Virus record (IMG/VR): IMGVR_UViG_2579779067_000003
Direction: 5' to 3' (one strand)
Source: a virus
Taxonomy: Duplodnaviria; Heunggongvirae; Uroviricota; Caudoviricetes
DNA: 46,439 nt
The translations under genes were made by a program, and so were the position numbers. This document shows, piece after piece, positions 1-11,538 of the stretch (positions are counted from its first letter, which is position 1; every line of letters starts with the position of its first letter). A model generated the notes under the pieces. That model was not told where the DNA came from. It saw nothing but the letters and a program-made list of their open reading frames with translations, and did no database searches.

Positions 1-1284
1 TTACAGACTTCTTGAAGGTTGCGCTGCTGTTACAACACGCGGTTGATCTTCCGCGGCATCTTCCAGTGCACTTAAATCACGGTCTTTCACTTCTGGCATT
101 TTCAGCGCAGAGATTAAACCAATCACTGAATATGCCATGATCATAATGGCGATCGGATACCAGGATTCCGTCATGGTGCAGAAAATACCCGCCAGGATAG
201 GACCAAAACCGGAAGCGATAAGACCACCAATTTCTTTAGAAATAGCCATCCGGGTAAAGCGGTTTTTACAGCCGAACATTTCTGCCATGGTAATGTTTTC
301 CAGAGCAAATAATCCCAGCACCGCACAGTTATGAATCACAATCAGTGCAACCATAATGGTGCTCGGGGCATAGCTTTTATCTACGATGATAGAAAGCATT
401 GGCCACGCCAGCACAATCGCAGAGGTATTCATAATAATATACGGAATCCGGCGACCTATTTTATCGGATAACCAACCAAGGAACGGAATGGTCATAAAGC
501 CGAGAATCGAACTGATCATCAATGCATCTGTTGGAATTGCTTTGTTAAACAATAACGTCTGCACTAAATAGCCTGCAAGGAAAGTCTGAATTAAACCGGA
601 GTTACCAGCCTGACCAAAACGCAGCCCTGTTGCCAGCCAGAAGGATTTGCTCTGGAACATGCTACCAGCAGGTGCAGGTTTTGCTGTCGGTTGGTTGCTG
701 TCGTTAACCTTCTCAAAGACCGGGCTTTCTTTCAGATTCATACGCAACCAGATAGCAAAGACCATCACGACAACGCTCGCCAGGAACGGTATACGCCATC
801 CCCACGCCAACAGTTCCTCTTTACTGAGAATGAAGAACATAAAGGCCCAGATTGCCGTTGCGCTCAAGGTTCCGCAGTTAGTCCCCATAGCAACAAATGA
901 GGAGATAATTCCGCGCTTACCTTTTGGCGCATATTCCGCCAGCATCGTACCGGCACCGGAAATTTCCGCGCCAGCCCCCAGCCCCTGAATAATACGCAGC
1001 GTCACCAGCAAAATTGGCGCAAACACACCAATTTGTGCATAGGTCGGCAGCACACCAATTAAGGTGGTACAGATCCCCATCATGGTGATGGTAATAAAGA
1101 GCACTTTTTTACGCCCTATTCTGTCGCCCATTTTGCCGAAAATAAATGCTCCGACAATACGTGCCACATAACCTGCACCATAGGTTCCCATTGCCAGAAT
1201 TAACGCCATTGCCGTTGACGATTCAGGAAAAAATATTTCATGAAAAACTAACGCTGCGCCGAGCGAATATAACTGGAAATCCAT
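1..1284 (-). CDS. ydfJ: MFS-family inner membrane transporter (host gene flanking the prophage)
   Basis: 427-aa ORF with multiple hydrophobic segments and the MFS loop motif G-x-x-x-D-R-x-G-R-K (GKMGDRIGRKK); sequence recalled as E. coli YdfJ; ATG at 1282-1284, stop at window position 1-3. Confidence 0.85.
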   Translation of the reverse strand: MDFQLYSLGAALVFHEIFFPESSTAMALILAMGTYGAGYVARIVGAFIFGKMGDRIGRKKVLFITITMMGICTTLIGVLPTYAQIGVFAPILLVTLRIIQGLGAGAEISGAGTMLAEYAPKGKRGIISSFVAMGTNCGTLSATAIWAFMFFILSKEELLAWGWRIPFLASVVVMVFAIWLRMNLKESPVFEKVNDSNQPTAKPAPAGSMFQSKSFWLATGLRFGQAGNSGLIQTFLAGYLVQTLLFNKAIPTDALMISSILGFMTIPFLGWLSDKIGRRIPYIIMNTSAIVLAWPMLSIIVDKSYAPSTIMVALIVIHNCAVLGLFALENITMAEMFGCKNRFTRMAISKEIGGLIASGFGPILAGIFCTMTESWYPIAIMIMAYSVIGLISALKMPEVKDRDLSALEDAAEDQPRVVTAAQPSRSL

Positions 1285-2069
1285 AATTCACAGGTGTTTT
1301 TTCCCATCCTGTGGTTTCCTTGGCGTTTTCTAGGTTTTTTCAGATAGTTGCATTTTTTAAAAAGCATCCTAAGTTCGATCTCAGTGTCTATCTGGGGCCT
1401 ATTTCTGTCCCATATATGCCCCAAAAAAACTCCCCAACAGATAAGTAGTTTTTTCATGGATTTATGCGTAAAATCAAGAACGGCTGGAAATCATTCAATA
1501 CTCACACTATCGAAAAATTTACCAGCCAACCGCAGCACGTTCTTGCATAAGGCGTGTCTGCGTTTTTTCAACTATTCAGATACATCACTCCCATCACAGT
1601 CATTCCTCCGCATCAAAGGCATATAGGCTATATCACCTTGATATTTTTCTTTTTCAGATAAAAACTGTTATCTATGTATACTTTTAAACCCAATCCGTGT
1701 AGAGTCTCTGCATAAGATAGTTTGCAGTTGCCGCTTCAGCTTGCGCCATAAACCGCCTGATTTTTGCTGCCACCTGCTAGCATTCCTGTATACCTGAAAC
1801 GACAATGTTTATCTACGAACTTTAAAAACACCCAAGATAAAAATTGTCAACTATATCATATATAACACATTACTAATTCGAGGCTATATGAACAGCATAC
1901 TGATAATCACTTCTCTCCTTATCATATTCAGCATTTTTAGTCATGCCCTAATAAAATTAGGGATTGGCATATCCAATAACCCAGACAAAACCGATGTATA
2001 AGTCAACATATCCTGAATCAGACATACAATATCGCAATGAAAATCAATAATATTTTAAGGAATATCTTC

Positions 2070-2303
2070 ATGAAATCAAAAGACACCCTAAAGTGGTTCC
2101 CTGCGCAGCTTCCTGAAGTAAGAATTATCCTAGGGGATGCTGTAGTGGAAGTAGCAAAACAGGGAAGACCTATTAATACCAGAACATTGCTTGATTACAT
2201 TGAAGGAAACATAAAGAAAAAATCATGGCTGGATAACAAAGAATTATTACAAACAGCGATATCAGTTCTTAAAGACAACCAAAATTTAAATGGTAAAATG
2301 TAA
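2070..2303 (+). CDS. ydfK: YdfK/YnaE-family small prophage protein
   Basis: Translation MKSKDTLKWFPAQLPEVRIILGDAVVEVAK... recalled as YdfK; ATG at 2070 preceded by AAGGAA about 9 nt upstream; ORF-track start at 2037 is an upstream in-frame ATG. Confidence 0.8.
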   Translation: MKSKDTLKWFPAQLPEVRIILGDAVVEVAKQGRPINTRTLLDYIEGNIKKKSWLDNKELLQTAISVLKDNQNLNGKM

Positions 2304-2620
2304 TATAATAAACTTACTTTTTTATCATTTTTCCACTTTAACAACATTTTGCTCCACTTTTCCACGTCCAAACAACTTGAAATCTGGTTAAAATAACACG
2401 CAACACTATTCTTCTTCCTTGAGCCCGCCCGGAACTCGAAAAACAAACCAAGTTAAAGCCATTTTTCACAAAATCGATTTTGGGTCTCACCAAAAATTAC
2501 GGGGTTGCATACGCATTCGTTTATTTTCGAACGTGTACATACAAATATGCACAAAAATAATCATAATTATTTTCTGAGATGCATTATGATATGAACACCA
2601 ATTTCGAATAGAGTCTCACT

Positions 2621-3211
2621 ATGTCTCGAATTTTTGCTTACTGTCGGATATCAACGCTGGATCAGACCACCGAAAATCAACGCCGGGAAATCGAAAGTGC
2701 AGGTTTTAAAATCAAACCTCAGCAAATAATCGAAGAACACATTAGCGGCTCAGCAGCAACCAGTGAGCGTCCTGGTTTTAACCGGTTGCTTGCTCGCCTG
2801 AAATGTGGTGATCAATTGATTGTGACAAAACTGGATCGCCTTGGTTGTAATGCAATGGATATCAGGAAAACAGTGGAACAACTGACCGAAACAGGTATCA
2901 GAGTGCATTGCTTAGCATTGGGTGGCATTGACCTGACCAGTCCAACAGGAAAAATGATGATGCAAGTAATTTCAGCAGTCGCTGAATTTGAACGAGACCT
3001 TTTACTTGAACGCACTCATTCCGGGATAGTAAGAGCCCGCGGCGCAGGGAAACGTTTTGGTCGACCACCTGTGTTAAATGAAGAACAGAAACAGGTGGTA
3101 TTCGAACGAATTAAGTCAGGTGTAAGTATAAGTGCCATTGCCCGGGAATTCAAAACCTCGCGGCAAACCATTTTAAGAGCCAAAGCAAAACTTCAGACAC
3201 CTGACATATAA
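2621..3211 (+). CDS. pinQ: Serine recombinase / DNA invertase
   Basis: 196 aa, N-terminal YCRISTLDQ catalytic-serine motif and C-terminal HTH typical of resolvase/invertase family; recalled as PinQ/PinR; convergent with tfa. Confidence 0.85.
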
Positions 3212-3308
3212 AAAATAATCTCGGTGTGAGATGCTTTACGTGTTCCAAGCCCCCTTCCTTGCCGTAAATGGAAAGATACATCTAATTATAGAATTTATAT
3301 GTTTTACC

Positions 3309-3884
3309 CTACGGCAGTGCTGGCCATTCAATATCCTGTGCAGTTGACGTATCAACACGGTTCAGCAATACCCGATACTTTTTCCATGCTTCCAGCAACG
3401 AGATTTCTTCCTCCGTTGCAATTTCCAGATCTGCAGCATCCTGAAGCGGCGCAATATGCTCACTGGCTACCTGCATCAGGTTGTTTTTTGTTTCTTCCGC
3501 CTCCCGGATCCGGAACAGTTTTTCTGCTTCCGTATCCTTCACCCAGGCTGTGCCGTTCCACTTCTGAAACTCCCCTTCCGGCGATAACCAGGTAACATTT
3601 TCCGGTAACGGACCGAGTTCAGAAATAAATAACGCGTCGCCGGAAGCCACGTCATAGACGGTTTTTCCCCGATGATCTTCAACGAGATGCCACGATGCCT
3701 CATCACTGTTGAAAACAGCCACGAAGCCTGCCGGAATATCTGGCGGTGCAATATCGGTACTGTTTGCTGGCAGACCTGTATGAGGCGGAATATATGCGTC
3801 ACCTTCACCAATAAATTCATTAGTTCCGGCCAGCAGATTATAAATTTTTATGGTCTGTGGTTGTTCACTCATTCTGAATGCCAT
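3309..3884 (-). CDS. tfaQ: Tail fiber assembly protein (Tfa)
   Basis: 191 aa [37 protein letters not shown]...; start ATG overlaps stf stop (TAATG). Confidence 0.85.
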   Translation of the reverse strand: MAFRMSEQPQTIKIYNLLAGTNEFIGEGDAYIPPHTGLPANSTDIAPPDIPAGFVAVFNSDEASWHLVEDHRGKTVYDVASGDALFISELGPLPENVTWLSPEGEFQKWNGTAWVKDTEAEKLFRIREAEETKNNLMQVASEHIAPLQDAADLEIATEEEISLLEAWKKYRVLLNRVDTSTAQDIEWPALP

Positions 3885-6800
3885 TATGCAAGCCTCACAA
3901 TATAGTTAAATGCGATGTTTTTGACGGTGTTTTCCGCGTTACCAGCAGCGTTAACGGTGATGGTGTGTCCATGTGAGCCAATCGCAACCGAGTGCGTATG
4001 AGCACCAATACCGACAGTATGTGCGTGTGCACCTGCGCTTGCAGCAGTGCCGGACAGTGAGTGGGTATGTGCGCCAGCAGATGATGTTGCATAGTTTTGA
4101 TTATGCACAACAGACAATCTTGTTGATGCACTACCAGCACCGGAGTTAGCACTAGCCGTGTTCACGTTGGCTAGTGAGTGTGTGTGTGCTCCAGCCGAGT
4201 TTGTAGAGCCGCTCACACTGTGTGTGTGTGCCCCGGTGTTATTCGTAGATTTAGTGCCGTAATCAAACGACGATGTGGTTTTCGTACCCAAATCCGTACT
4301 TGATGCGCTGGCGCTGTGGGTGTGCGATTTAATGCCGTCCTGTTCCTGAGACAATACGGCACGACCACTGGCGGGCTTGCCCTTAATCGTCCAGCCACGC
4401 ATATCAGGGATCACGCCTGACGGATAAGCAACTGCAAGTTTCGGGTATGCAGATTTGTCAAAAGTCTGCCCCTGCATCAGGGCATAACCAGACGGAACGG
4501 TATCTGATGGCCACGGAATTGGTGCGCCAACTGGGTAGCTTTCTGGTGGAAGATTTTTCGAGGTATAAACTTCTGCCCAGTCTTCCTCAAAACCATAACC
4601 GTCTCTTGAAGAACGGTAGAACAGACCACCATTTCTGTAATGCGCCTTCATCTGCAGGGTCCGGCAACTTCCGACTCCGGTATAGAAGTTAACCAGAATA
4701 TAGCTGTCGCCAGAGCGGGTGACATTGTAAGCGCCTGATTCGGCATTCCATGGAACGCCACCATCCGCATCGGCATATGTATCCGTTGCCCTTCTGGCAA
4801 AAGCAGCCACATGCGCGGCGGTTAAAGTAATATCTTTGGAACCATCAAACTCAACACCAGAAACCAGTCTTGGCGTTTGCAGCTTTGTTGCTGTTAATGC
4901 ATTACCGTTCAGACTTGCGGACAGTTTGGTTCCAATAACCAGTTCGCCGGTTGCGTTATCAATAGCAAACGGTCTTAATGTATTCCAGCCACCATAAACA
5001 TCACCTTGATTGGTAAGCAGCAGGTAAGTTTTAGCGCCATCATTACGCCATAATGCACCATACTCCCCACCTATCATTCGAATCTGATTACCACCACGCG
5101 CTACAATTTCGTCTGTGGCAAAAAGTTTTTTGCACGACAAGTTATCGTTAACGATTAACGAATGAGACTCATAAAAACCACGCCCACTCTTAAAATCAAG
5201 GATAACGTCCGCCGCGATACATTCAGTCGCCGGATTTGTTGCCCCAAACTTATAGGTCGTATCATTAACAACGAGATCAGCACCAGGTGCGGATATTGAC
5301 AGGCCATCTTCAATAAACGCAAAAACAGGGAAAGCAGCGCCATCAACATAGAACACAGAGCGCAAATCATCGCCCTTATTACTCATCATTATTGAGTGAA
5401 TGGCTCGTTCATTGTTTTGATATTGCCAGAACATGCCATAAGCATAACGCCCCCTGTCAGTCCAGCCACCAGGCATAACAAATCCGTTAAACTCGCAGTT
5501 ATTCATCGGATCGCCTGCGGTTCGCGTTGCCGTGGTGATAATGACTCTTGATGCCAGTTCGCTTACTGAGCCAGCAGAACGCATAACAACAACAGGGTAA
5601 TATTTTCCAGATGTTGCACCTGCAGGAGCGTTAACCCGCACATAACGCATACCACGCTTATCAGCAAAGTCTGTTTTACTGACCGCGTTAATGTTGTTCA
5701 GGAAGCATCCCTTATCGGGTATATCAGCGCCGTTCTGGTCTTTCTGCAGACGTTTCTCTGCATTGTCATAGGCTGATTTTACTGCCTTTGGCGTTGCCGC
5801 CAGCGTTTCAGACGTACTGTTGGTCGCACTGCTGAGCTGTACTATCCCCTTTTTCGTCGTACTTGCATCCTCAAGCGCCACGGCGGATGCAATATCCTCT
5901 GCCCGTTTTGCCGCTGTCTCGGCGCGCGTTGCCGCGGATTCCGCCGTACTTTTGCTCTGTGCTGCCGCCGTCGCACTGCCAGCTGCCTCTGTCGCCTTCG
6001 TGGATGCTGTCGTGGCGCTGCCCTTCGCTGCGGACGCTTGTCTGGTCGCCTCATCTTTTGAAGCAGACGCCGATGATGCCGATGACGCCGCCGAACTGGC
6101 GGACGATGCGGCAGCCGTTTTTGAGGATTCTGCGCTGGTTTCCGACGCTTTCGCGTTCGTCTCGGATGTCTTCGCTGCGGAAGCAGACCTCGCTGCTGCG
6201 CTGGCCTGTTCAGTGGCTTCGCCAGCCTTCGTTGTGGCTGTTGAAGCAGACGATGCGGCACTTTCTGCCGATTTTCCGGCGGCGGTGGCACTGGCTGAGG
6301 CCTGCCCGGCACTTGTTGACGCGGCACTGGCAGACGACGCAGCCGCTGTTTTTGAGCCTGCCGCAGCCGAGGCGCTCTGTCCCGCTGCCGTTTCAGAAGA
6401 CCTGGCGTTTGTCTCAGACGTCTTTGCCGCCTTCGCGGAATTGCCTGCCGCCGTTGCCGAGGAAGCGGCACTACTGGCGCTTGATGATGCGTTCGTTTCT
6501 GATGATTTCGCTGCCTCTTTTGAGGCCGCCGCATCCCGGGCTGAGGTGGCTGCTTCTGACGCCTTCGTGGTCGCGGCGGATGCAGAAGTGGCTGCTGATT
6601 GTTGTGACGCTGCCGCATTCGTTTCTGACGTTTTCGCCGCAGCGGCACTGGTAGCTGCCGCGCTTTTTGAGGACTCTGCAGCAGCAGCACTTTTCGATGC
6701 TTCACTGGCCTTTGTTGATGCCGTTCCTGCGCTGGAAGATGCTGACTGAGCCGACGACGCGGCCTGTCCGGCTGACGTGCTGGCTGCGCGTGCTGAGCCT

Positions 6801-7246
6801 GCAGCATCAGTCGCATGGGTTGCCGCCTCACGTGCTGATGTGCCGGCATCGCTGGCTGACTTCTTCGCGGCTGCCGTGTTCTGTGCCACCGCGGACGCGT
6901 TACGCGCCACCTCTTCCACCATCAGTTCAAAACGGCGCAGTGCCTCAGGACGGGCATCATCCTCCGTCATGGCACCGAGAAAATCATTCAGCGTACCGGG
7001 TCGGGAATCTTCATACACGGTGATGGTCCCGGCATGTGACGGCGGGAATCCCTCCACCAACAGAATAACGCTGTACTGCCCGTACTCAACGTCCATGCTG
7101 TAACGCCCGGCTTCATCCGGATTTTCTGAGGCCAGCGTGTTTACCACCACCGTGGTGCTGTTACGTTTTGCTTTCAGCTGGATTGTGCAGTTCTGTACCG
7201 GTTTTCCTGTGCCGTCTTTCAGTACACCTGAAATCTTTACTGCCAT
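3884..7246 (-). CDS. stf: Side tail fiber protein (lambda Stf-like), with Ala/Ser/Thr-rich repetitive shaft and His-rich C-terminal tip
   Basis: N-terminus [37 protein letters not shown]... matches lambda Stf; ORF-track start at 7252 is GTG two codons upstream of the ATG at 7244-7246; C-terminal repeated GAHTHS motifs. Confidence 0.85.
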   Translation of the reverse strand: MAVKISGVLKDGTGKPVQNCTIQLKAKRNSTTVVVNTLASENPDEAGRYSMDVEYGQYSVILLVEGFPPSHAGTITVYEDSRPGTLNDFLGAMTEDDARPEALRRFELMVEEVARNASAVAQNTAAAKKSASDAGTSAREAATHATDAAGSARAASTSAGQAASSAQSASSSAGTASTKASEASKSAAAAESSKSAAATSAAAAKTSETNAAASQQSAATSASAATTKASEAATSARDAAASKEAAKSSETNASSSASSAASSATAAGNSAKAAKTSETNARSSETAAGQSASAAAGSKTAAASSASAASTSAGQASASATAAGKSAESAASSASTATTKAGEATEQASAAARSASAAKTSETNAKASETSAESSKTAAASSASSAASSASSASASKDEATRQASAAKGSATTASTKATEAAGSATAAAQSKSTAESAATRAETAAKRAEDIASAVALEDASTTKKGIVQLSSATNSTSETLAATPKAVKSAYDNAEKRLQKDQNGADIPDKGCFLNNINAVSKTDFADKRGMRYVRVNAPAGATSGKYYPVVVMRSAGSVSELASRVIITTATRTAGDPMNNCEFNGFVMPGGWTDRGRYAYGMFWQYQNNERAIHSIMMSNKGDDLRSVFYVDGAAFPVFAFIEDGLSISAPGADLVVNDTTYKFGATNPATECIAADVILDFKSGRGFYESHSLIVNDNLSCKKLFATDEIVARGGNQIRMIGGEYGALWRNDGAKTYLLLTNQGDVYGGWNTLRPFAIDNATGELVIGTKLSASLNGNALTATKLQTPRLVSGVEFDGSKDITLTAAHVAAFARRATDTYADADGGVPWNAESGAYNVTRSGDSYILVNFYTGVGSCRTLQMKAHYRNGGLFYRSSRDGYGFEEDWAEVYTSKNLPPESYPVGAPIPWPSDTVPSGYALMQGQTFDKSAYPKLAVAYPSGVIPDMRGWTIKGKPASGRAVLSQEQDGIKSHTHSASASSTDLGTKTTSSFDYGTKSTNNTGAHTHSVSGSTNSAGAHTHSLANVNTASANSGAGSASTRLSVVHNQNYATSSAGAHTHSLSGTAASAGAHAHTVGIGAHTHSVAIGSHGHTITVNAAGNAENTVKNIAFNYIVRLA
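5840..6900. repeat. Imperfect tandem coding repeats inside stf (Ala/Ser/Thr-rich shaft, motif KTSETNA repeated at least three times)
   Basis: Protein low-complexity repeats seen in translation; generates three long spurious ORFs on other frames/strand (5820..6749, 5842..6849, 5863..6654). Confidence 0.7.
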
Positions 7247-7255
7247 ATTCACCCC

Positions 7256-7284
7256 ACAAAAAAGCCCGCCTGAACCGGCGGGCT
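7256..7284 (-). terminator. Intrinsic terminator downstream of lom, immediately upstream of stf
   Basis: Plus-strand AGCCCGCC-TGAACC-GGCGGGCT hairpin at 7263-7284 preceded by A-run 7257-7263 (U-run on the minus-strand transcript). Confidence 0.6.
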
Positions 7285-7310
7285 GTCATAACACTGTGTT
7301 ACCTGGCTAA

Positions 7311-7910
7311 TCAGAATTTATAACCGACACCCACGATGAAACCGTCAGTGCGCCAGTCACCACTGCCGGAGCCTTCATAAGCAATATCAATGGCCACGGA
7401 TTCGGTCGGGTTAAACTGCACGCCAGCCCCCCACGCCAGAGACGTGTTGCTGTGGCGACCGTCATCACTTCCGGTCAGCACATCGTGCTTTTTCCCCTTG
7501 TTGTCAGTTACGCGAAGATAATCCCCGGAGAAAGTCGACACACGGCTGTAAGCCACACCCGCCATCGCATACGCGCTGAACCATTCATTCACGCGCACAG
7601 ACGGCCCCGCCATTACGCTGAACCAGCGGTTACGAACGGAATCTTCATGCCAGCGGGTATCGCTGTAACGGGTCAGCTGGCGATTCTTGTCTCCTGCATA
7701 GCTGAATGACGTCACCAGCCCCAGTGTGTCCGTAAACTCATAACGGTATTTCACGTTAATCCCGTTCAGATCATCACTGCCGGGGACGTTCGTCGAGGCA
7801 TGAAGATACCCCGCGCTCAGCGTGGACTGATGTTCAGACGCCCATGCAGGCGCACCGGATACGGCCAGACAAATGGCTGCGGACAAAATTGCTGCACAAA
7901 CTTTACGCAT
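7311..7910 (-). CDS. lom: Outer membrane protein Lom (Ail/Lom/PagC family beta-barrel)
   Basis: 199 aa with signal peptide and C-terminal YEGSGSGDWRTDGFIVGVGYKF identical in pattern to lambda Lom; own RBS GAGG upstream of ATG. Confidence 0.9.
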   Translation of the reverse strand: MRKVCAAILSAAICLAVSGAPAWASEHQSTLSAGYLHASTNVPGSDDLNGINVKYRYEFTDTLGLVTSFSYAGDKNRQLTRYSDTRWHEDSVRNRWFSVMAGPSVRVNEWFSAYAMAGVAYSRVSTFSGDYLRVTDNKGKKHDVLTGSDDGRHSNTSLAWGAGVQFNPTESVAIDIAYEGSGSGDWRTDGFIVGVGYKF

Positions 7911-7932
7911 AATTACCTCTCGCTTTTCTGCA

Positions 7933-7958
7933 ATAAAAAAGGCGTCATTCCTGACGCC
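7933..7958 (-). terminator. Intrinsic terminator between J and lom
   Basis: Hairpin GGCGTCA-TTCC-TGACGCC at 7941-7958 with A6 run at 7935-7940 on plus strand (U6 on minus-strand transcript). Confidence 0.6.
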
Positions 7959-7980
7959 CTTTATTGGGGTTATAAATATT

Positions 7981-10900
7981 TCAACGAATACTGATGCCGG
8001 AAGCGGCTTTTTTGGTCACAATCACCGTACAGTCGGTGATATTGCCTGCCCCCTGATTGCCTTTCTGGAAAATCTTAAACTCCAGAGTGACGCTTCCCCT
8101 GCCACTCGGCATATCAATAACTGCACTGTAACTACCGGGAATGGCCCCTTTAGTTTCTCTGGATGCGATTAATACGCCGTTTTTGCGAACTTCAAAACCA
8201 TAACCCGTGTATCTTGTACCTCCCGGGTTATTACCACTTCCCGGATCGCTATACGCTATTCCGTTAAAGATAATGGGCGGAATAATGATTTGACGGTCAA
8301 AGTTATGATCATCGCTGATGGTGACTGTAACCGTCCCGTTTGGTGTTTCCGTATTACCCCACGTACCAGCCTGTTTCGGGAATGATTTGGATACAGCTTT
8401 AACGAAGTCACCTCTGACCTGAGTCGCCTCCAGCATGCCCTTAATCGTACAGTTTTCATTTACCGTGACATTGTTGAGCGTCCCGGCGTTCGCATTCACA
8501 CTGCCACTGATATCGGCATTTTTCGCCGTCAGCCGCCCGTCCGGTGTCAGGGAAAATACCGGAGGATTACCGCCGCTGGTAATGGTGGGAGCCGTCAGGC
8601 GTTTCAGGAACACTTCGTTCATGAATATCTGATCGCCCTGCCCAACAAACATCGGCTTTGTGTTGCCATTCGCAGGATTAATCATCGCAATCCTGTCTGC
8701 CGCCAGCAGCACCTGACTCTGCATGCCGTCAGGGGTGTTCTCAATACCGGCACCAATACCCGCGATATAAAGGCGTCCGTCCTGCATCTGCTGCAGCTTC
8801 ACAGCCCACATGCTGTTCAGGTTATTATTTGTATCAACCTGAACCTTCTGTATCTGCTGAATTGCCGCACTCTGGTCTTCCAGTTTCTTATTGACGGTCT
8901 GCGTGATTTCATTGCTGACATCCGTAATGGACGTCCTGATTTCAGCCAGGTCAGGCGCAAGCTGACCGTTATCAATCTGCGTCCACAGCTCCTGAGCCAG
9001 ATGGGTTTTCCCTATCTCGCCTTTGAAAAAATCCAGATAACCGGATGCATCATCACTCGGCTGACCAACAGCCTCCACGAATGCCGATTTGCCAACGGTG
9101 TTCACACTGCGGATATAAAAGTAATAATCATGGCCCGGTTTGATATTGATACTGGCGGCTATCCAGTACAGCGCCGTGCCAAGATAGCGTGCTGTGGTTT
9201 CAACCTGCCTGATATCCGCAATCCGCTTTTCCGAGAACCAGAACTCAAACTGTACCGTCGGGTCATAAACGGCAAGATGCGGCGTGGCGGTTATCTGAAA
9301 ATAGCCCGGCGTCAGCTCAATCCTCGACGGTGCTGCCGGTGCGGCAATCCGGAACGATACCGACGCCGGATCGCCCTGCTGTCCCCAGGCATTTGCCGCC
9401 CGGACTGTCAGCCTGTAGTTTCCCAGCGCCAGCTGCGTGAAGCGGTATGTGGTTTCCGTCGTCCGGGCCGTGCTGACCAGCCGCTCACTGCCGTCATCCG
9501 CTGCCACGGTCAGGCGAAGCATAAAGCTCACACCCTTCACCACCTTCGGCGTGTCCCAGCGCGCCAGCACCTGGTATTCACCGCTGTCTGCGGTGACTTC
9601 TGCGGTCAGGTGCTGCACTGCTGGCGGCGTGACACCGTTTACCGTTCCGCTCTGGTCGCCGTCAAAGTGCGCCCCGTTATCCACGATGGCTTCTTTCTCC
9701 GGTACATGCTGCACGGCAGTGATGGCATACGTGCCGTCATCGTTCTCACGGATACTCACACAGCGGAACAGGCGCTGGCGCAACGTCGGCAGCTTCAGCC
9801 CCCATATGCTGTATCCGGCAACGCCGTCAGGAACCCGGTTCACTTTCACCTTAAGTCCGTCGGTGACGGACTGAACCTCCACGCTGGCCGGATTGCCACT
9901 TCCGTCAACCAGGCTTATCAGCGTGGTGCCGGAGGATGGCAGCGTGATTTCACGGTCGAGCGTCAGCGTCCGGGTCCGGCTGTTCACCGCCAGCACGCGC
10001 CCACCGGTGCTGATACCGGCATAGTCATCATCGCAGATTTCAATAACATCACCCGGTACATGGCGAAGCCCTTCTGCGCCCACGCTGAAGTCCACGGTCT
10101 GCGTTTCCAGCAGTTCTGTTTTAATCAGCCACAGCCCGGCGCGGTGCGCCTGCCCCCGGCTGGTACAGCCAAAGGCATCCATTTTCGTGACGTTACGACC
10201 GTAACGGGCAATGGCCTGCGTGTCCTCCACAAGCTCTGTCGCCGTCTCCCAGCCGTTATTCGGGTCAATCCAGTTCACCTCAACGGCATTATGGCGGTCC
10301 TTCAGGGCGCTGAAGCTGTAGCGGAACGGCGCACCATCATCCGGCATCACCACATTACTGCGGTTATAGGTCCACACCTTATCCGACGGTCGGTCCTGCA
10401 CGAACGTCAGCGTCTGCCCGTTCCATACCGGCATACAGCGCATCGCAGAGCAGAAATCACTGAGCACATCCCACGCCTTGCGCTGTGTGGTCAGGTACGC
10501 ATTACAGGTGATGCGCGGCTCCGTGCCGCCAAAACCGTCCGGCACCGACTGGTCGCAACACTGGCCGATGACATACAGCGCCCATTTATCCACATCTTCC
10601 GCACCAAGACGTTTACCCATGCCGTAGCGCGGGTGGGTCAGCATATCCCACAGACACCAGGCCATGTTGTTGCTGTATGCTGGCTTAAACGTTCCGTCCC
10701 AGATACCGCTGTATTGCCGCGTCTGCGGGTTATAATTCGACGGCACCTGCAGAATACGCCCGCGCAGATGATAATTACGGCTCACCTGCTGGCTGCCGAA
10801 CTGCTCCGAGTCCACCTGCACGCCGACCAGTGCCGTGTTCGGGTAGCCCTGTTTCACATCGATAATTTCGGTGTATGACGACCAGAGCGTTTTGTTCTGC

Positions 10901-11478
10901 AGCTGGTCTGTGGTGCTGTCCGGCGTCATCCTGCGCATCCGGATATTAAACGGGCGCGGCGGCAGGTTATCCACCACCACAGAGGCCAGGTACTGCGAGG
11001 TGGTTTTGCCTTTAATGGTGATGTCTTTTTCCGTCACCCAGCCACCGTTACGTTGTATCTGAACCAGCAGGCGGACTTCCGATGGATTCCTGTCCCCCTT
11101 TGAGGTGGTTTCCACCAGTGCCTGCACGCCGAAGGTAAAACGCAGTCGGTCGATGTTTGCCGACGTGATGGTCCGGGTGATCGGCGTGTCGTATTTCACT
11201 TCCGTACCCAGCACCGTCTCGGAGCCGGAGGATTCAAATCCCTCCGGCGGTGTCTGCTCCTGCTCACCGGCCCGGAACACCACCGTGACGCCGGATATAT
11301 TGGTATTCCCCTCACTGTCCAGCACCGGCGTACTGTTCAGCAGCACGCTTTTTAATCCATCCACCGGACCTTCAATCGGCCCTTCGCTGATGGCATCAAT
11401 CACACTCAGCAGCTGCGTGGATTTCAGGTTGTCCTTCGCTTCGCGCGGGGTATGCCCCTTACTGCTGCCTTTACCCAT
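7981..11478 (-). CDS. J: Tail tip / host specificity protein J (central tail fiber)
   Basis: 1165 aa; N-terminal two-thirds recalled as near-identical to lambda J ([37 protein letters not shown]...); C-terminal roughly 150 aa differ from lambda. Confidence 0.9.
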   Translation of the reverse strand: MGKGSSKGHTPREAKDNLKSTQLLSVIDAISEGPIEGPVDGLKSVLLNSTPVLDSEGNTNISGVTVVFRAGEQEQTPPEGFESSGSETVLGTEVKYDTPITRTITSANIDRLRFTFGVQALVETTSKGDRNPSEVRLLVQIQRNGGWVTEKDITIKGKTTSQYLASVVVDNLPPRPFNIRMRRMTPDSTTDQLQNKTLWSSYTEIIDVKQGYPNTALVGVQVDSEQFGSQQVSRNYHLRGRILQVPSNYNPQTRQYSGIWDGTFKPAYSNNMAWCLWDMLTHPRYGMGKRLGAEDVDKWALYVIGQCCDQSVPDGFGGTEPRITCNAYLTTQRKAWDVLSDFCSAMRCMPVWNGQTLTFVQDRPSDKVWTYNRSNVVMPDDGAPFRYSFSALKDRHNAVEVNWIDPNNGWETATELVEDTQAIARYGRNVTKMDAFGCTSRGQAHRAGLWLIKTELLETQTVDFSVGAEGLRHVPGDVIEICDDDYAGISTGGRVLAVNSRTRTLTLDREITLPSSGTTLISLVDGSGNPASVEVQSVTDGLKVKVNRVPDGVAGYSIWGLKLPTLRQRLFRCVSIRENDDGTYAITAVQHVPEKEAIVDNGAHFDGDQSGTVNGVTPPAVQHLTAEVTADSGEYQVLARWDTPKVVKGVSFMLRLTVAADDGSERLVSTARTTETTYRFTQLALGNYRLTVRAANAWGQQGDPASVSFRIAAPAAPSRIELTPGYFQITATPHLAVYDPTVQFEFWFSEKRIADIRQVETTARYLGTALYWIAASINIKPGHDYYFYIRSVNTVGKSAFVEAVGQPSDDASGYLDFFKGEIGKTHLAQELWTQIDNGQLAPDLAEIRTSITDVSNEITQTVNKKLEDQSAAIQQIQKVQVDTNNNLNSMWAVKLQQMQDGRLYIAGIGAGIENTPDGMQSQVLLAADRIAMINPANGNTKPMFVGQGDQIFMNEVFLKRLTAPTITSGGNPPVFSLTPDGRLTAKNADISGSVNANAGTLNNVTVNENCTIKGMLEATQVRGDFVKAVSKSFPKQAGTWGNTETPNGTVTVTISDDHNFDRQIIIPPIIFNGIAYSDPGSGNNPGGTRYTGYGFEVRKNGVLIASRETKGAIPGSYSAVIDMPSGRGSVTLEFKIFQKGNQGAGNITDCTVIVTKKAASGISIR

Positions 11479-11538
11479 TCCTCACGCTCCATAAACGACA
11501 AAACCGCCCGCAGGCGGTTTCACATAAAACATTTTGCA

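Noticed and set aside
5820-6849. Three long ORFs (309, 335 and 263 aa) overlapping the stf gene on other frames and on the plus strand
   Set aside because: They coincide exactly with the GC-rich Ala/Ser/Thr-coding repeat region of stf and translate to low-complexity Ala/Asp- or Arg/Pro/Gln-rich strings; classic repeat-driven artefacts
9001-10878. 625-aa ORF on the plus strand
   Set aside because: Lies entirely antisense within the well-supported J gene and translates to an Arg/Cys/His-rich sequence without domain character
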